64,000 bases of DNA, from NCBI GenBank assembly GCA_964390845.1, contig CAYMIL010000002.1, positions 33,885 through 97,884 on the forward strand. Reading direction: 5' to 3'. This stretch comes from an uncultured Candidatus Saccharibacteria bacterium (GTDB lineage: Bacteria; Patescibacteriota; Minisyncoccia; Phycocordibacterales; CALRHW01). This document shows positions 9,461-19,247 of this stretch, piece after piece. A model generated the notes under the pieces. That model was not told the DNA's origin and did no database searches. It worked only from the letters and a program-made list of their open reading frames with translations. The position numbers and the translations under genes are program-made. Each line of letters opens with the position of its first letter. The first letter of the stretch is position 1.

Positions 9461-9805
9461 ATGACACGAGTAAAGAAGGGTGTAAACGCACTCAAAACAC
9501 GAAGAAATGTTCTCAAGCAGGTAAAAGGTTACCGCTTTGGACGAAGCAAAAAGGAGCGCCAGGCATATGAGGCCATCTCACACGCTGGAACATACGCTTT
9601 TGCTCACCGACGAGACAAGAAAAATGATATCCGCCAGCTTTGGGCGGTCCGCATCAACGCGGCGCTTGAGCCACAGGGTCTCTCATATAGCAAAGTAATC
9701 GGCGCCCTCAAAAAGAAAGGTATCGCGCTCGACCGAAAGATTCTTTCGACACTTGCAGACAAGAATCCTGAAACATTCAACCGAATCATTGCACAGATTA
9801 AGTAA
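9461..9805 (+). CDS. rplT: 50S ribosomal protein L20
   Basis: MTRVKKG, WAVRINAA, LDRKILS. Confidence 0.97.
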   Translation: MTRVKKGVNALKTRRNVLKQVKGYRFGRSKKERQAYEAISHAGTYAFAHRRDKKNDIRQLWAVRINAALEPQGLSYSKVIGALKKKGIALDRKILSTLADKNPETFNRIIAQIK

Positions 9806-9838
9806 ACAAAAACCCCGCACACGCGGGGTTTTTGTTTA
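9803..9838. terminator. bidirectional intrinsic terminator
   Basis: aaacaaaaaccccgc-acac-gcggggtttttgttt between convergent genes. Confidence 0.85.
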
Positions 9839-11206
9839 GCACGGCAACTCGTATACTTTCCCTCGTTCTGGGTACAGGGCGTTGACACCCACGTAATCTC
9901 GTAATCGCTGAACGAGAAACAAACCTGACTTTGGCTCACCCAGAACAACAAACACTTTTTGCACGGTCTCGGCAGTCTGCGCGACAAACTCAACGAGATG
10001 GTCGGAGTCTTTGTGGGCAGAATATCCGGAAATCGTTTCTATGGTCGCGCGCACAGGCACTTTTTCACCATTCAACACCACCTCTTTTGCACCATCCTGC
10101 AACTGTCGCCCCATCGTCCCCAACCCCTGATACCCAATAAGCAACAACGTATTTTTTTCATCAGACAAATACTGCGCCTCATGAAATACTACCCGCCCAC
10201 CGTTGGACATACCTGAGCCCGCGATAATAATTTTTGGGTTTGATGTATGACTAATCGCACGCGAGTCCTCACCTCGGATACTATTTTTAAGTTTCGGAAA
10301 ATTGAAAATATGATCGCCACCCGCAATATCTTTTCGTATCGCCGAGTTGAAATGTTCCTGTGAACTATACTTGTTATATATTTCAGTAATCTTGATAGCT
10401 AAAGGCGAATCAACAAATACAGGGAGTGGCTCAATTACCCCGTCCTCAACCATATTATTTATCTTGTACAAAATAATTTGTGTGCGCTCAAGCGAAAACG
10501 ATGGGATAATGAGCACACCCTTTTTCTCGATAGTGCGCCGTATTGTCTCTTCAAGTTTTTTGTCTGCGACATCCCTGCTTTCGTGGTTACGGTCACCATA
10601 GACGCTATCAACGACCAAATACGTGGCGTCTGTAACTGCTTCTGTATCCTTTAAAAGCGCCGCTGGAGAATTTCCCAAATCACCACAAAAAACGATTTTC
10701 TTTCCCTGATATTCAAACTCAAAAATAGACGAGCCGAGCACGTGCCCCGCATCCTTGAGCGTTACCTTGAAATCGTCTGAAACGCTTGTTGGTGTATGGT
10801 ATGGTATCGTCTTCCACAAAAGAAAAGCATTGTGCACGTCGGCGTCAAAATATAGTGGTGTGACACCCTTTGTTTTTGACTCTATTTCAATGATACGAAC
10901 CGCATCAAGCAACATGAGCTTTGCAATCTCCATTGTTTCCGGCGTTGAATAAATAACGCCCTTAAAACCGTCACGAACAAGTTTTGGGATTCTGCCAATA
11001 TGGTCGATATGCGCATGCGTCACAAACAACATATCGATCGTTGCGGGGTCATAGAGAAATTCTTTTCGATTCTCCCCCTCTGCATATGAACCACCTTGCA
11101 CCAAGCCACAGTCTACGAGAAGCTTCGTCTTGTCGCTCTCCAAGAGAAAATTCGCGCCCGTTACTGTACCAACACCTGTGCAAAATGTAAGTTTAAGCGT
11201 TGCCAT
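9836..11206 (-). CDS. metallo-beta-lactamase/beta-CASP ribonuclease
   Basis: THAHIDHIGRIP, AGHVLGS, AGSGMSNGGR, SAHKD motifs. Confidence 0.9.
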   Translation of the reverse strand: MATLKLTFCTGVGTVTGANFLLESDKTKLLVDCGLVQGGSYAEGENRKEFLYDPATIDMLFVTHAHIDHIGRIPKLVRDGFKGVIYSTPETMEIAKLMLLDAVRIIEIESKTKGVTPLYFDADVHNAFLLWKTIPYHTPTSVSDDFKVTLKDAGHVLGSSIFEFEYQGKKIVFCGDLGNSPAALLKDTEAVTDATYLVVDSVYGDRNHESRDVADKKLEETIRRTIEKKGVLIIPSFSLERTQIILYKINNMVEDGVIEPLPVFVDSPLAIKITEIYNKYSSQEHFNSAIRKDIAGGDHIFNFPKLKNSIRGEDSRAISHTSNPKIIIAGSGMSNGGRVVFHEAQYLSDEKNTLLLIGYQGLGTMGRQLQDGAKEVVLNGEKVPVRATIETISGYSAHKDSDHLVEFVAQTAETVQKVFVVLGEPKSGLFLVQRLRDYVGVNALYPERGKVYELPC

Positions 11207-11606
11207 GATATGGTTTTTTATATCGATATACCGCAACCGCCACAACTACACCGCCAACAACATCCATAATCAAATCAAGGACTGTGTCGGGGACGTAGTT
11301 GGACACAAGAAATGTAATGCCTGTCACATATTCAAAAACTTCCCACAACACACCAACGACAAGCGCCCCCAACACAGACACACTCACCACATATACAATA
11401 TCTGTGCGTGCCGGCATAGAAAAATATCTGGAATAAAAACAAAGCCAGATACATACAAAACCAATCCATGCACCACCGAGAAAATGCATCAAAATATCAA
11501 ACCACGGAAGAGTCCAATACAGATACCAGTCGACAGCAACCACATGCAGAACCGCGATGAGCACAAGAAAGAAAAAACCGAAGATGAAAAGGGGTTTTTG
11601 AAGCAT
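11193..11606 (-). CDS. small integral membrane protein (VanZ/DUF2238-like)
   Basis: WFDILMHFLGG, LWEVFEY, DTVLDL; four hydrophobic segments. Confidence 0.7.
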   Translation of the reverse strand: MLQKPLFIFGFFFLVLIAVLHVVAVDWYLYWTLPWFDILMHFLGGAWIGFVCIWLCFYSRYFSMPARTDIVYVVSVSVLGALVVGVLWEVFEYVTGITFLVSNYVPDTVLDLIMDVVGGVVVAVAVYRYKKPYHGNA

Positions 11607-11653
11607 GGTGTACCGTGTTGGGTATACACCTATTGTACCGTCTTTGTCCCCCA

Positions 11654-11815
11654 ATTAAAACATCCGCTCGCGCGGATGGTTTAATGAGGGTTACTCGAGT
11701 ATATTGCCCTAGTCTTAAACTAGGTGGGTGCTCGCAACAACAATGCCAAAGCATGATGCGATATAAAGCTCCCTGAATATATCTTTAATCTAGATAATAT
11801 CCCAAATAACCCTGC
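11654..11815 (-). ncRNA. unidentified structured ncRNA candidate with 6S-like architecture
   Basis: TATAAT at 11820-11825; 13-bp closing stem AGGGTTATTTGGG/CTCGAGTAACCCT; inner stems; own terminator at 11654-11685. Confidence 0.55.
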
Positions 11816-11898
11816 TGTAATTATACGCCCATGCACTGTGGGCACAAATATTTTCTACTATTGCGATACAAAAGAAATTTTGACGCAAGAAATGCAGC

Positions 11899-11927
11899 AA
11901 AAAACGCCCCAACAAGGGGCGTTTTTT
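11899..11927. terminator. intrinsic terminator after ndk
   Basis: aaaaaacgcccc-aacaa-ggggcgtttttt. Confidence 0.85.
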
Positions 11928-11944
11928 CGACCGACATTCATCTC

Positions 11945-12559
11945 CTACTCAAAAATACCATCCAAATTTACATCATAGAGCATCGCATCCTGAATCAATC
12001 GGTAATCGATAAGCTCTTTCTCTGAAAACCAATGCTTGATCTCGTTTTCCGCCTCTGGTACCGTGCCTGATGCGTGCACAAGGTTGCGCACCGCTCGACC
12101 ATCTGTGTCTGCCATCATGTAGGAGTCGAGCACGAAGTCTCCTCGGATCGTTCCGACATCTGTGCTTCGAGGCTCGGTACCACCTGTAATTTTTCGCACA
12201 ATAGCAACCGCATGAGCGCCCTCCCACACCATAAGCACCACAGGGCCACTCGTCATGTACTTCTTGAGATTGTCGAGTACGATACGAGTAATCTCAAGTG
12301 GGTCGTTGGTAGCAAGCACTTCCCCCTTTTCCTGAGCCGCCTTGATGCGCTTCTCGCCGGTAATACGTCGCCATTCTGGGTCAAGTGTATAGTGTTGCTC
12401 AATCTGCTCAGCCGATGCCGCCATCATTTTCATAGCAACGAGCTTGAGACCCGCGCGCTCATATCGCTTAATAATTTCTCCAATGAGCGTTCGCTGTACG
12501 CCATCCGGCTTGATAATCACAAGTGTTCTCTCTTTCTTTGGGTGTTGTTCCTTTGTCAT
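11945..12559 (-). CDS. ndk: nucleoside diphosphate kinase
   Basis: ERTLVIIKPDGVQR, GTIRGDF, RNLVHASG. Confidence 0.95.
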   Translation of the reverse strand: MTKEQHPKKERTLVIIKPDGVQRTLIGEIIKRYERAGLKLVAMKMMAASAEQIEQHYTLDPEWRRITGEKRIKAAQEKGEVLATNDPLEITRIVLDNLKKYMTSGPVVLMVWEGAHAVAIVRKITGGTEPRSTDVGTIRGDFVLDSYMMADTDGRAVRNLVHASGTVPEAENEIKHWFSEKELIDYRLIQDAMLYDVNLDGIFE

Positions 12560-12601
12560 ATGGCTATACTCTTAATATCCCGTAAGTATAAATGCTGTCT
12601 G

Positions 12602-13369
12602 CTAGCGAGTCAAAATTTCTGGGTCGCCGTCGGTAATTAGAATAGTGTGCTCGCAGTGCGCACTGCGCTTTCCGTCGCGTGTGCGATATGTGTATCCATC
12701 GCTGTCGAGTTTTGTCCTGCCCGTACCCTCGCAGAGCATCGGCTCGATAGCAAGCACCATACCGGGCTTGAGTGTAATCCCTGTACCCTTTTTGCCAGTG
12801 TTTGGCACATATGGGTCTTCGTGCACGGCATAGCCCACACCATGCCCCGCGAGCCCTTCAGCATGAGAAAAACCAAACGGCTCCACAAACGACTCTATAG
12901 CGTGCCCAATATCCCCAATCTTATTGCCCGCTCGAGCGGCAGAGATACCGCGCATAAGCGCTTCGCGTGTTGTTGAAATAAGCAGACGAGCTTGCTCATC
13001 GACACGTCCCACCGGTACAGTAATTGCCGAATCTGTAAACAGACCTTCATGAATAATTCCCATATCAAGAGACACGATGTCTCCTTCTTTAAGGGTTTTT
13101 GGCTGTTCATTTGGAATACCGTGCACGATTTCGTCATTTATCGAAACACATAGGCTCGCGGGGTATGGACGGCGTGCACCATCTGGTTGATATTCTAGAA
13201 AAGAGGGTTCGTCTCCACCCTCCCGTGTAAGCGCAAGTGCCATCTCATCGAGTTCTTTTGTAGAAATACCCGGACGCACTGCTTTTTGAAGCTCGCGCAA
13301 AATAAACGCGAGGCGAGCACCACCTTCGCGCAAAATCTGTTGTTCTTCTTTCGTCTTTATCGTAACCAT
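12602..13369 (-). CDS. map: methionine aminopeptidase type I
   Basis: CVSINDEIVHGIP, GHGVG, AIEPM, SAHCEHT. Confidence 0.95.
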   Translation of the reverse strand: MVTIKTKEEQQILREGGARLAFILRELQKAVRPGISTKELDEMALALTREGGDEPSFLEYQPDGARRPYPASLCVSINDEIVHGIPNEQPKTLKEGDIVSLDMGIIHEGLFTDSAITVPVGRVDEQARLLISTTREALMRGISAARAGNKIGDIGHAIESFVEPFGFSHAEGLAGHGVGYAVHEDPYVPNTGKKGTGITLKPGMVLAIEPMLCEGTGRTKLDSDGYTYRTRDGKRSAHCEHTILITDGDPEILTR

Positions 13370-13965
13370 TATGAAACCTTCAAATGCGACACAATAAAAT
13401 TGTGCACGTCCTCCTTCCCCATTTCTCCGTTTACCTCAATAAAGTTGCAGTGTGGGTCGTTTCGCAAAAACTCAATACCTGGCATCACGTCAGTATCAAA
13501 CCAATCGAGCTTTTTGTTGATCGCATCAACAGACGCATCGTCTGCGCGGCCACGCGACATAAGATGTTTGAAAGACCATTCCCGACTTACGTTGAGAAAT
13601 ATAACATTGGCAGTATGTCCATAAAAATTGAACGCCGAGCTCATTGCCATTGCTTCAGTGAGAGAGCGCGGAGAACCGTCAAACATAACGTGTTCGTTGC
13701 CTGTGCTCTGCTCGACAAGCACACTCGCCCATCCCCACACACCAAGGAAATCCGCACCACGCTTACCACGAGTGTTTACGTCCTCGCAGAGCTTTCCCGT
13801 GTATGAACCGCCCTTAATGAGCTCGCGAAACCGCCCCCCACTTTCTATATACAAAACAGGCCGAGCTGTAGTATCGTGCTCCTTGAGGTATTCTTTGAGA
13901 AACGTCGCCTGTGTCCCTTTGCCACAGCCCGACCTTCCGATAAACACAAACATATGGGGATTCAT
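13369..13965 (-). CDS. adk: adenylate/nucleoside monophosphate kinase (short LID)
   Basis: GRSGCGKGTQ P-loop, DGSPR, RGRADD; secY-adk-map position. Confidence 0.8.
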   Translation of the reverse strand: MNPHMFVFIGRSGCGKGTQATFLKEYLKEHDTTARPVLYIESGGRFRELIKGGSYTGKLCEDVNTRGKRGADFLGVWGWASVLVEQSTGNEHVMFDGSPRSLTEAMAMSSAFNFYGHTANVIFLNVSREWSFKHLMSRGRADDASVDAINKKLDWFDTDVMPGIEFLRNDPHCNFIEVNGEMGKEDVHNFIVSHLKVS

Positions 13966-14005
13966 AGCTTAAGTGTAGCACCAAAGGACGCTCACTGTCT
14001 TGCCC

Positions 14006-15277
14006 CTAGTACTCTCGAATAGAAATCTGCGCCTCAATTTTCTTAATCAAGTCGATAACCACAGAGACGACAATGAGGAGCGCTGTACCACCAATAGAGA
14101 AGGCTGTAATACCCGTTCCTGCCTTCATCGCGAGAGGCAATACTGCGATTATACCGAGGAAGAGTGCGCCGAAGAGTGTAAGACGAGTAAGGATGCGTGC
14201 GATGTATGCTGATGTTGAAGGACCCGGGCGGACACCTGGAATAAACGCACCGCTCTTCTGCAAGTTTACAGAAATTGAATCTGGATCAAACGTAACTGCT
14301 GTGTAGAAGTACGTAAAGATAAAGACAAGGAAGAAGTAAAGTCCTGCGTGCACCCAACCATTATTGAGTGTTGCCAACACAGAAGATGCAACGGACTTAA
14401 ACGTATCACTGTTGATGTTCTGCAAGAAGCTGAAAATCATCTGCGGGAAGAGCAAGATAGACAATGCAAAGATGATTGGAATAACACCCGCTTGGTTGAG
14501 GCGAAGGGGCAAGTATGTTGATACACCACCGTATACCCGTGCTCCACGAACACGCTTTGCGTAGGTAATAGGGATCGGACGTTCTGCCTCAGTGATAAAC
14601 ACAACAGCCGCAATAACGACAAGCGTGATCACAACGAAGAGCGCGTATACAGGAATCTGTGCCGTATCAAAAATAAACTGAAGCTGTGCGAGACCAGCAG
14701 GAAGACGAGAAACGATACCTGCAAAAATGATGAGTGACACACCGTTGCCGATACCATATTCAGTGATGAGCTCACCGAGCCACATCAAGAAGACAGCACC
14801 CGCCGTAACGATAAGGATATTTACAATCTGCTCCTGGAAACTCATCACATCAAGCACACCGTTTGTACGAAGAAGTGCGAGAAAACCGTATGCCTGCACC
14901 GCCGCGATAGGAACAGTGAGGAGTCGTGAGTACTGGCTAAACTTTTTGCGACCAGCATCCCCTTCCTCCTGATAAAGAGCCTTGAGGCGAGGCGACATGA
15001 TTGTGAGCAACTGCATGATGATAGACGCCGTGATGTACGGGCTTACACCAATCATGACGATAGAAAGATTTGAAAAGCCTCCTCCAGAGAAAACGTTGAA
15101 CAAGCTCAAAAAGTCATTGCCTGTAAAGAGTGAATGGAGTCGATTTGGGTCAACACCAGGAATCGGTATTGTTGCACAGAGTCGGAAGACAACGAGTGCC
15201 CCGAGCGTAAAGAGAATCCTCTTTCGGATGATACTGTCCTGAAAGATGGTAACGATTTTATTAAAAAAAGATGTCAT
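14006..15277 (-). CDS. secY: preprotein translocase SecY
   Basis: IGVSPYITASIIMQLL, GIGNGVSLIIF, GAFIPGVRPG, GGTALLIVV. Confidence 0.98.
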   Translation of the reverse strand: MTSFFNKIVTIFQDSIIRKRILFTLGALVVFRLCATIPIPGVDPNRLHSLFTGNDFLSLFNVFSGGGFSNLSIVMIGVSPYITASIIMQLLTIMSPRLKALYQEEGDAGRKKFSQYSRLLTVPIAAVQAYGFLALLRTNGVLDVMSFQEQIVNILIVTAGAVFLMWLGELITEYGIGNGVSLIIFAGIVSRLPAGLAQLQFIFDTAQIPVYALFVVITLVVIAAVVFITEAERPIPITYAKRVRGARVYGGVSTYLPLRLNQAGVIPIIFALSILLFPQMIFSFLQNINSDTFKSVASSVLATLNNGWVHAGLYFFLVFIFTYFYTAVTFDPDSISVNLQKSGAFIPGVRPGPSTSAYIARILTRLTLFGALFLGIIAVLPLAMKAGTGITAFSIGGTALLIVVSVVIDLIKKIEAQISIREY

Positions 15278-15280
15278 GTT

Positions 15281-15715
15281 TTAGAGCGTAACACTACCAC
15301 CCGCCTTCTCTATCTTTGCCTGAGCGGATGCAGAAACCTTACATCCTGATACTGCGAGCTTTTTTGAAAGCTCTCCACCGCCGAGAATTTTTACTATTGG
15401 ACGACTACCTTTTCGTGCGCCCACAAGACCCTTCTCAAGAAGAATTGTTGGAGTAACTGCATCGCCAGCAGAAAATGCTTTGTCGAGATCGCCAACATTA
15501 ACAGCGGTTGCCTTTTCCTGAATACTTCGGAATGAGTATCCTCGGAGTTTTGGAAGTCGCTTAATGAAATCTCGAACTTCTGGACGGAGCTTTCCACCAG
15601 CACGCGCTCGCTGTCCTTTTGTTCCTCGTCCTGAAGTTTTTCCACGCTTTCCGCCACGGCCCACTGACTGCGCCTTCTTGTTTTTTGTTTTTCGTTTGAT
15701 GTTATGAATCTGCAT
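15281..15715 (-). CDS. rplO: 50S ribosomal protein L15
   Basis: VGRGGKRGKTSGRGTKGQRAR. Confidence 0.97.
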   Translation of the reverse strand: MQIHNIKRKTKNKKAQSVGRGGKRGKTSGRGTKGQRARAGGKLRPEVRDFIKRLPKLRGYSFRSIQEKATAVNVGDLDKAFSAGDAVTPTILLEKGLVGARKGSRPIVKILGGGELSKKLAVSGCKVSASAQAKIEKAGGSVTL

Positions 15716-15726
15716 GGTCGTGTGTA

Positions 15727-16377
15727 TTATGCCGAAACAGTAGTGTCAGCAACTGGAGCTGGAGCAACCTTCTTTACTGTACCAAGTTTTCGAAGCGCTT
15801 CGATTGCTGCACGCGCGTTGTTAATTCGGTTTTTACTTGGAGAAAAGATTTTTGCGCCAATATTTTTGATACCCGCAAGCTCAATCACAGATCGTACTGC
15901 GCTTCCTGCGATAACACCCTTACCCGGAGCAGGCATCACGCGAACGCGTGAACTGCAGTACTTTGCCTCTGCATCATGAGAGATAGACATGTCTTTTGTG
16001 AGGCGAACTGTAATCATGTTCTTCTTTGCGTCTCGGAGTGCTTTTTCGATAGCAAGTGATGTATCACCCGCCTTTCCGATACCAACACCGACGGAACCCT
16101 TTCGGTTTCCAGCAACCATCGCAACGCTGAAACTAAATCGGCGACCTCCCGTAACCACACGTGTTACACGGCGGATGCTGATAATTTTCTGGTCAAACTC
16201 AGGCTTTGCGCGAGCTTCTCGTCGTGGAGCCTTTCGAGGGTTTTTCTGGAAAGAGTTGCGATCACGGCGGCCACCTCGGCGATCGTGCTGTGCATCAGCA
16301 GAAACAGGCGCGACAGGTGAAGCTGTCTCAACAACATCAGTCTGTGCAGTATTCATCGTGTTTGTTTCTTGTTCCAT
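15727..16377 (-). CDS. rpsE: 30S ribosomal protein S5
   Basis: IRRVTRVVTGGRRFSF, PAPGKGVIAG. Confidence 0.97.
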   Translation of the reverse strand: MEQETNTMNTAQTDVVETASPVAPVSADAQHDRRGGRRDRNSFQKNPRKAPRREARAKPEFDQKIISIRRVTRVVTGGRRFSFSVAMVAGNRKGSVGVGIGKAGDTSLAIEKALRDAKKNMITVRLTKDMSISHDAEAKYCSSRVRVMPAPGKGVIAGSAVRSVIELAGIKNIGAKIFSPSKNRINNARAAIEALRKLGTVKKVAPAPVADTTVSA

Positions 16378-16380
16378 ATA

Positions 16381-16731
16381 TTAAAACGTTAGTCCACCTT
16401 CGCGCGCACCTTCTGCGGCAGCTCGCACTTTTCCTGTATACATATTGCCACCACGGTCAAAGACGACAGCAGTTACACCCTGTGCAAGAGCTTTCTTTGC
16501 AAGCTCAGCACCAGCCGCTCGAGCAGACTCAACAGGAGTCTTCCCTTTTACAGTGCGAGTAGAGATAGCAACGAGTGTCTTTCGTGCTGTGTCATCAATA
16601 ATCTGAAGATACAACGCAGTGTTTGTCTTTGATACTGAAAGTCGTGGGCGTGCTGAAGTACCCGATATCGCAGATCGGATTCGTGCTTGTCGGCGTGCTC
16701 GCTTTGCTGTTTTTATCTGACTCTTATTCAT
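16381..16731 (-). CDS. rplR: 50S ribosomal protein L18
   Basis: RPRLSV, VFDRGG, AREGGLTF. Confidence 0.97.
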   Translation of the reverse strand: MNKSQIKTAKRARRQARIRSAISGTSARPRLSVSKTNTALYLQIIDDTARKTLVAISTRTVKGKTPVESARAAGAELAKKALAQGVTAVVFDRGGNMYTGKVRAAAEGAREGGLTF

Positions 16732-16736
16732 AAATA

Positions 16737-17267
16737 TTATGCGGCTTTCTTACCCTGCTTTCGTCGGACAACCTCATCAGAGTATCGGATACCCTTACCC
16801 TTGTACGGCTCAGGCTTTTTGAGCGCACGGATTCGCGCTGTAAACTGACCGACTACTTCTGAATCAATACCCGATACTGTGATAGTGCCCTTTTCTGATA
16901 CAACCTTAAGATCTGAAGGGATTGGAACTTTCACAGGGTGTGAGAAACCAAGACCGAGGATAAGGTCGCTTCCCTTTACTTCTGCTTTGTATCCAATACC
17001 CTCAATAACGAGCTTCTTTTCGTACGCCTTATTGACGCCCTTTACCATGTTCATTACATGAGAAGCGTAGGTGCCCCACAATGCTGGATTGGTGTTGCCC
17101 TTTGCAATAGAGAGCGTGATTGCATTGTCTGCAATAGCAATATCGATTCCGTTTCCGAAAGATCGTGAAAGCTCGCCAAGAGGACCTTTTACGGTAAACA
17201 CATCACCAGAGACACGAGCCTCAGTCTTTTCAGGAATCTGTATTACTTTTTTGCCAATTCGGGACAT
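16737..17267 (-). CDS. rplF: 50S ribosomal protein L6
   Basis: MSRIGK, PEPYKGKGIRY. Confidence 0.97.
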   Translation of the reverse strand: MSRIGKKVIQIPEKTEARVSGDVFTVKGPLGELSRSFGNGIDIAIADNAITLSIAKGNTNPALWGTYASHVMNMVKGVNKAYEKKLVIEGIGYKAEVKGSDLILGLGFSHPVKVPIPSDLKVVSEKGTITVSGIDSEVVGQFTARIRALKKPEPYKGKGIRYSDEVVRRKQGKKAA

Positions 17268-17284
17268 GGTTCTTGTTACGTTGA

Positions 17285-17674
17285 TTACCACACTTTAAAC
17301 AAAGCCTCTCCGCCAACTTTCTCCTTTCGTGCCTGAGCACCAGTGAGAATACCTTTTGGTGTTGTGAGTACAAGCAAACCTGTGCCGTACTTCACTGGGA
17401 AAATATCTTTTGCTTTCTGGTAAATACGCTTTGAAGATTTTGAGATGCGCTCTACGCCGTTGATCTTTGGCTGACCCTCTGCATCATATGCGAGCTCTAC
17501 TTCAATAAACTTTGTGATCTTCTTACCCTTCTTTGAAACAGACTTAAGGAAGCCTTCTTTCTCAAGAACGGTCGCAATATCAAATTTGAGTTGAGAATAT
17601 GGGAACACGACAGACTCTTTGCGCACGTCGGTCGCATTCTTGATTCGTGTAATCATGTCAGCAATGTGGTCCAT
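17285..17674 (-). CDS. rpsH: 30S ribosomal protein S8
   Basis: DHIADMITRIKNA, TTPKGI, VGGE. Confidence 0.97.
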   Translation of the reverse strand: MDHIADMITRIKNATDVRKESVVFPYSQLKFDIATVLEKEGFLKSVSKKGKKITKFIEVELAYDAEGQPKINGVERISKSSKRIYQKAKDIFPVKYGTGLLVLTTPKGILTGAQARKEKVGGEALFKVW

Positions 17675-17680
17675 AGTATA

Positions 17681-17866
17681 TTACCAAGAAGACTTCTTAA
17701 TGCCCGGGATCTTACCTTCGTTTGCAAACTCACGGAAACAGATACGGCAGAGATCGAAATCTCGCATATATCCGTGCTTTCGACCACAACGGAAACATCG
17801 TCGAACAACCCGTGTAGAGAATTTCGGGGTCTTCTTTGCTCGTGCTTTTACTGATGTTTTTGCCAT
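17681..17866 (-). CDS. rpsN: 30S ribosomal protein S14 type Z (Zn-binding)
   Basis: RCFRCGR...LCRICFRE...KKSSW. Confidence 0.97.
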   Translation of the reverse strand: MAKTSVKARAKKTPKFSTRVVRRCFRCGRKHGYMRDFDLCRICFREFANEGKIPGIKKSSW

Positions 17867-17912
17867 TGTGTTATATATTCAAACAAAAAAAGCTCTAAAA
17901 AGCTTGTGCTTC

Positions 17913-17941
17913 ATACTATCAAGTGAGTCTACCGTTGTCAA
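17913..17941 (-). promoter_or_regulatory. internal sigma70-type promoter upstream of rpsN
   Basis: TTGACA-N17-TAGTAT. Confidence 0.7.
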
Positions 17942-17953
17942 ACAAACCAAGGC

Positions 17954-18535
17954 TTACTTCTTGGCCTTTTTTCGGCCAGCCGATACATCCTCCGACTTCT
18001 TGAATGGGAAGCCAAGATACTCGAAAAATGCCTTCGCATCTTCCGGTGTCTTTGCGGTAGTCACAACCGTGACCGCCATACCAAAGACGTCCTTGAGCTC
18101 CTCATCCGTCGTCTCAGGGAAAATCGTGTGTTCCCTGATGCCGAAGGTGTAATTGCCCATGGCGTCGATAGCTTTTGAGGAAACTCCTCGAAAATCCTTT
18201 GTTCGAGGGAGCGCTACGTGAACGAGCTTATCGAGAAAGTCATACATTCGCTTTCCCTGGAGTGTAACCTGAAAACCAACCGGGTCACCTTGTCGAACCT
18301 TAAATGCCGCAATAGAAATCTTTGCACCTTTCTTTGCTGGCTTCTGGCCTGTAATCTTTGCGAGACGATCCTCAACAAGGTCAATCTTCTTTTTGTCTTT
18401 GAATGATCCGACGCCCGTGCTTACCACAACCTTTACAAGGCGAGGTGCCTGCATTGGGTTGGTGTAACCGCGCGCATCCTTAAGAGCCGCAAACGCGCCA
18501 TCATTCTTTTCTTTCATTGTTTTAATCTTTGCCAT
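17954..18535 (-). CDS. rplE: 50S ribosomal protein L5
   Basis: ITGQKP, LPRTKDFRG, GNYTFGIREHTIFPE. Confidence 0.97.
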   Translation of the reverse strand: MAKIKTMKEKNDGAFAALKDARGYTNPMQAPRLVKVVVSTGVGSFKDKKKIDLVEDRLAKITGQKPAKKGAKISIAAFKVRQGDPVGFQVTLQGKRMYDFLDKLVHVALPRTKDFRGVSSKAIDAMGNYTFGIREHTIFPETTDEELKDVFGMAVTVVTTAKTPEDAKAFFEYLGFPFKKSEDVSAGRKKAKK

Positions 18536-18544
18536 ATTCGTAGA

Positions 18545-18850
18545 TTACAGCGTTGTTCCGCTCTTTTTGCTTACCCGAACCTTCTTGCCTCCATCAACAG
18601 TAATACCGACTCGAGAACCCTTGTTTGTCTTTGGGTCCACAATCATCACGTTTGAAACATGGATTGGCATTGTCTTGTCGACAATCTGTCCTTTCTGCCC
18701 ACCCTTTCGAGGGCGCTCATGTGCCTTTCGGATATTTACTCCAGAAACAATGATTCGGTTTTCACGAGGAAGGGCCTTGATGACCTTTCCTGTCTTACCC
18801 TTATCCTTGCCGGATATCACTATGACGTTGTCGTTTTTTCGGATTTTCAT
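18545..18850 (-). CDS. rplX: 50S ribosomal protein L24
   Basis: MKIRKNDNVIVISGKDKGKTG, PIHVSNV. Confidence 0.97.
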   Translation of the reverse strand: MKIRKNDNVIVISGKDKGKTGKVIKALPRENRIIVSGVNIRKAHERPRKGGQKGQIVDKTMPIHVSNVMIVDPKTNKGSRVGITVDGGKKVRVSKKSGTTL

Positions 18851-18869
18851 GGTTGTAATAAAAAGGAGA

Positions 18870-19241
18870 TTATACGACTTCTGGAGCGCGCGAAATAATA
18901 GTCTGGAAACCAAGCTCTCCAAGCTCACGTGGAATCGGACCGAAAATACGTCCTGCGATAGGCTCGTTCTTTTCTTTTTCCAAAATAACTACTGCGTTTT
19001 CATCAAATCGGACATATGATCCGTCCTTTCGGCGGTATGCAGCTTTTGATCGCACAACAACAGCGCGAAGCACATCCTTCTTTTTAATTGTCTTTCGTGG
19101 TGCCGCTTTCTGCACAGAGAGAATAATAGTGTCGCCGATGCGAGCGTATCGCTTCTTTGAGCTACCAAGCACCTTAAACACTCGTCCGATTTGTGCTCCG
19201 GAGTTGTCAGCAATTTTAATAATGGATCGTGGCTGTATCAT
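18870..19241 (-). CDS. rplN: 50S ribosomal protein L14
   Basis: ADNSGA, RFDENAVV, RIFGPIPREL. Confidence 0.98.
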   Translation of the reverse strand: MIQPRSIIKIADNSGAQIGRVFKVLGSSKKRYARIGDTIILSVQKAAPRKTIKKKDVLRAVVVRSKAAYRRKDGSYVRFDENAVVILEKEKNEPIAGRIFGPIPRELGELGFQTIISRAPEVV

Positions 19242-19247
19242 GGTCGT

